From Podarcis cretensis (taxonomy: Eukaryota): a DNA stretch of 64,000 nt. The notes under the pieces were generated by a model, which worked only from the letters and a program-made list of their open reading frames with translations, was not told where the DNA came from and searched no databases. Location of the stretch: positions 26,598,001-26,662,000 of the forward strand of contig OX638161.1 in the NCBI GenBank assembly GCA_951804945.1. The letters are read 5' to 3'. Both the position numbers and the translations under genes were made by a program. Below are positions 60,681-64,000 of this stretch, piece after piece; positions within the stretch are counted from its first letter, which is position 1; every line of letters starts with the position of its first letter.

Positions 60681-62656
60681 ATCTAGGTAACCTCTTGCTT
60701 CCCATGGCTGTCAGGGGAGAAGTGACACCTGGTATGCCCAACTCTATAAACTGCTTAGAAGCCTGTTTTGGCATTAAGTGGTTGGTTGGTTGGTTGGTTG
60801 GTTGTTTAATTAATTAATTAATAACAACATTGTTGGGGGGAGGGGTGGCAAAATGGTAGCAGAGCCCAATCTGGCCTAGAGGCTGCTCATCAACCTTCCT
60901 TGCTTTTGGTTTGGGGCCCCCAAAGTGGCACCTGTGGACACTCTGGTAACTTCAGGCAAGGTCAGACAAGGTTCTCTGCCCGTCCTATTCATAAAAAAAT
61001 AAAATAAAAATGGAGGGGGTGTTGTTAGGTTTCTGTTCTAGTTCTGGGGGATTGTTTGTTTGGAGCATTGTCTGCTCTTTTTTAGGGTTGTTTTTTATTG
61101 CTCTTTTTTGTTTCAGGGTTTATATATATGTTTTGCCCGTTCTTTGGGAGGTAGGGCAGTTATCTGAGCATTGCCATTTCCTCCTTCTGTGAAATGGGTA
61201 TTTCCCCCTCCTCCCCAATGCTCCTTCCCTGCTCCCCTCTGGGGATAAAAAGAAAGGAAGTCAGGGGACCCCTGGCTTAAAGAGAACCATGGGAAGGAGC
61301 TAGAGCCCGTGTGCTTCTGGTTCTCACGCATCTGTGTCCCAGGCTGTGTTTCTCACCCTCGCCCAATAAAAATATAGGCGCGGAAAGGTACGGCACACTC
61401 GTTAAGCAACTGCCGCATTTCTGAGAGTCCAGCTGTGCTGCGGGTGCGGCTTGGTGAGAAGGTATGCAGAAGAAGCTTTGAAATCCTCTCCCATCCCTGC
61501 AATTAGTTCGCTTGCAAGTTTCAGCACAGTTGATCCGGGGCGTCCCCAGCCCTGGGTGAAGTCCAGAGCAAAGAAGTTGCTGAGGCAAACAAAAGATACA
61601 CGCCTCCCCAGAGAGAGAGGGGGGCGGGAAAGGGCATGTTGCTTCCTGACAAAGAAATGAACAACGAATGATTCACAGGTAGTTGGGCCTAATCCTCTGC
61701 AAGGCTGGCAGAGGGACTTCTCAGATCATCTGCATGGAGGACCTAGCAGTGCCCTCAAGGTATTGCTGGACTGCAACCCCCATTGGGCTGTGGTTGCACG
61801 ACTGGCGCAGGTCCCTATTGGACAATGCCGGTGATGTCACTATCATGGCTGGGGGCTGCTGAGAGCTGGAGTCTCACAACATCAGGAGGACCACAGATGT
61901 TCTTCATGCCTAGAGTTCTCATCGTCCCTGACCAGTGGTCCTGCTAGCTAGGAATGATGCAGGTTGTGGTCCAAAAGACCCAAGTTTGGGAACTTGTTTT
62001 AGGGCATGCATGCCCAAAATGCACGCTTGTTCCTCATTGGTTGCATGAACTAGCCTTCCTCAAGGAAAACTGCTAATTTTGGGGGGATTGGGTGGGGTAG
62101 GATATTCTTCTTGCTGGGAAAATGTATTTGCTTAAGATGTTTCTCATTCTTCCTTTCCAAGGCTCAAGGGGAACTAACATCGCAAAAAGTGAAATGTATG
62201 CTGCAATGTGATTCCTCAGCTAGCAGGGCCATTGCAGCTTGCTAGACTGAGGAGCCTCAGCAGAGCACCAGGGGAAGGGCTATAGATTCGTGGTAGAGTC
62301 CCACGTTCAATCCCTGGCATCTCCGGTTAGAGCTGGGAACGTCCACTTCCCAAAACCCTGGAGAGCCAACTGTCAGTCAGGGTAGACTATAATGAGCTTG
62401 TTGGAATAATGCTCTGATTGGGGTATAAGGCAGCTCCCCAGGTTCCTTCCTCAAATTCAACCTTTCCTGTGAAAAATAACCTCAGGTTAACAAATCTTGG
62501 AAAGACGCAGAGAACTGTTGCTACTCAGAAGACACTGCTGGAACTAGATGGACCAACGATTGGCACAGGTCCCTATTGGACAATGCCAGTGATGTCAACT
62601 GGGAATGAGCAAATCCTACTCACCTGCTGTGTGCATGTTATTTTGTGACCCAAATG

Positions 62657-62926
62657 CAGTAGTGCCTCGCAAGACGAAAAGAATCCGTTCCGCGAGTCTC
62701 TTTGTCTAGCGGTTTTTTCGTCTTGCGAAGCAACCCTATTAGCGGCTTAGCGGCTTAGAAAAAGGGAGAAAAAAGCGAAAAAAATCGCAAGACTCGCAAG
62801 ACGTTTTTGTCTTGCGAAGCAAGCCCATAGGGATATTCGTCTTGCGAAGCGCCTCGAAAAACGGAAAACCCTTTCGCCTAGCGGGTTTTTCGTCTTGCGA
62901 GGCATTCGTCTTGCGGGGCACCACTG
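62657..62926. mobile_element. Tc1/mariner-type MITE, family C
   Basis: TIRs CAGTAGTGCCTCGCAAGACGAA...TTCGTCTTGCGGGGCACCACTG, with internal CGTCTTGCG repeats. Confidence 0.8.
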
Positions 62927-63469
62927 TGCTAACATTCAGCCTACAGAAGAAGCCACCTGTGTTTCCAGGTTCTACTTGTTTAGCCACTGTGAGAACTGGA
63001 TACTGAACTAGATGGGTCTTTGGTCTATTATAGCAGAGGCTCTTCTTGTGTGCAAGGGCTGAGATTGACCCCATCTTGTCAGTGCTGCCATAGGTTGCTC
63101 ACCTTCAAGCTTGCGTGAGTTGCCTTTTTAGAGTTTGATTGCTTCCATTTTCAACTGTTGCGTCATCCACTATCTTGGGGGGGGGGAGGGAGCCCTGCTC
63201 CCCACTCTCCCTTGCAGCAAGACCCACCTGTTTATGCATGGACCGGACATCATGTTCCCGCTCCTGTGTCAGGATTGTCAGCCTCTGCTCTGGCTAGGTC
63301 AATGGAGGGAAATGGCTAGTTTGGGGCAGGGAAGAGCAGTGGCCCCTTATTTCAGTTGTGGCCTTTATAGGAAACAGACCTTGCCTACGCTGACCAGTTA
63401 TAGACATATCTGATATACAAGAGGAGGGGGCTGCAGTCCCTTCAACAGTTGCCTTGGAGAGGGAGTCTC

Positions 63470-63722
63470 TGTAGAAGAAGAAGAGAAGAGTTTGGATTTG
63501 ATATCCTGCTTTATCACTACCCAAAGGAGTCTCAGAGCGGCTAACAATCTCCTTTCCCTTCCTCCCCCACAACAAACACTCTGTGAGGTGTGTGGGGCTG
63601 AGAGACTTCAGAGAAGTGTGTCTGGCCCAAGGTCACCCAGCAGCTGCATGTGGAGGAGCGGGGAAGCGAACCCGGTTCACCAGATTACGAGTCCACCGCT
63701 CTTAACCACTACACCACGCTGG
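63470..63722 (-). mobile_element. tRNA-derived SINE (same family as 47940-48215)
   Basis: Reverse-complement similarity; (GAA)n tail. Confidence 0.8.
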
Positions 63723-64000
63723 CTCCAGAAGCTGCACCCAGCCAAAGTTCCCTCTTTGATATACAACTCTTTAAAGCAGTAGTTTCCAGTCTTTTCAGGC
63801 TCACCAGGACCTGTCTTTAATCCCAGACTATATTGAAGACATAATAGTGGAATGGCGGCACACACAAGCCATTCCTTCTCCGCAAGGAATCCTGGGAATT
63901 GCAGTTGAGGGTTCGGAGGTTAAGTTCTCGAAAGCTGCAGTCACCCCATCCACTTAAAGTGCTATGATGCAGCTTTAAGCAGTCATGGGAGAATTCTGGG

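Noticed and set aside
47900-64000. A further keratin gene downstream
   Set aside because: No LNDRLA, IDNA, TYR.LLEG or other rod motifs found in the ORF track or by eye; the next keratin probably starts beyond the window.

Overview
Eukaryotic (vertebrate) genomic DNA. The repeat content (Sauria SINEs, BovB, L2, CR1, L1, Tc1/mariner- and hAT-type MITEs) points to a squamate, probably a lacertid lizard (inference). The window covers the EIF1 end of the type I keratin cluster. Minus strand: P3H4/SC65 exon 1 (5171-5767; the rest of the gene lies left of the window), a complete preprogastrin gene (GAST, 111 aa, ...HYPSWMDF-G-RR; its last exon is missing from the ORF track) and a complete 4-exon EIF1 (113 aa). 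Plus strand: a complete 9-exon, 410-aa type I keratin (36026-47693). I found no coding exons in 47.9-64 kb. Main points of interest: (1) a hammerhead-ribozyme-like motif inside a 240-bp inverted-repeat element (probably Penelope-like) in a keratin intron, in sense orientation; (2) P3H4 directly follows GAST, with neither HAP1/JUP between them nor a head-to-head FKBP10, implying a rearrangement relative to human; (3) an extra intron in keratin coil 1A and a stop-free, in-frame intron 7; (4) a short, divergent gastrin; (5) a Bov-A-like BovB deletion derivative and a BovB copy with a twin-priming-type inversion; (6) a perfect 33-bp hairpin in the putative GAST intron 1; (7) three co-oriented CTCF-like motifs and an AP-1 site cluster near the keratin. 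Exon coordinates were read by hand from splice signals. Repeat boundaries without target-site duplications (TSDs) are approximate. No database searches were run.
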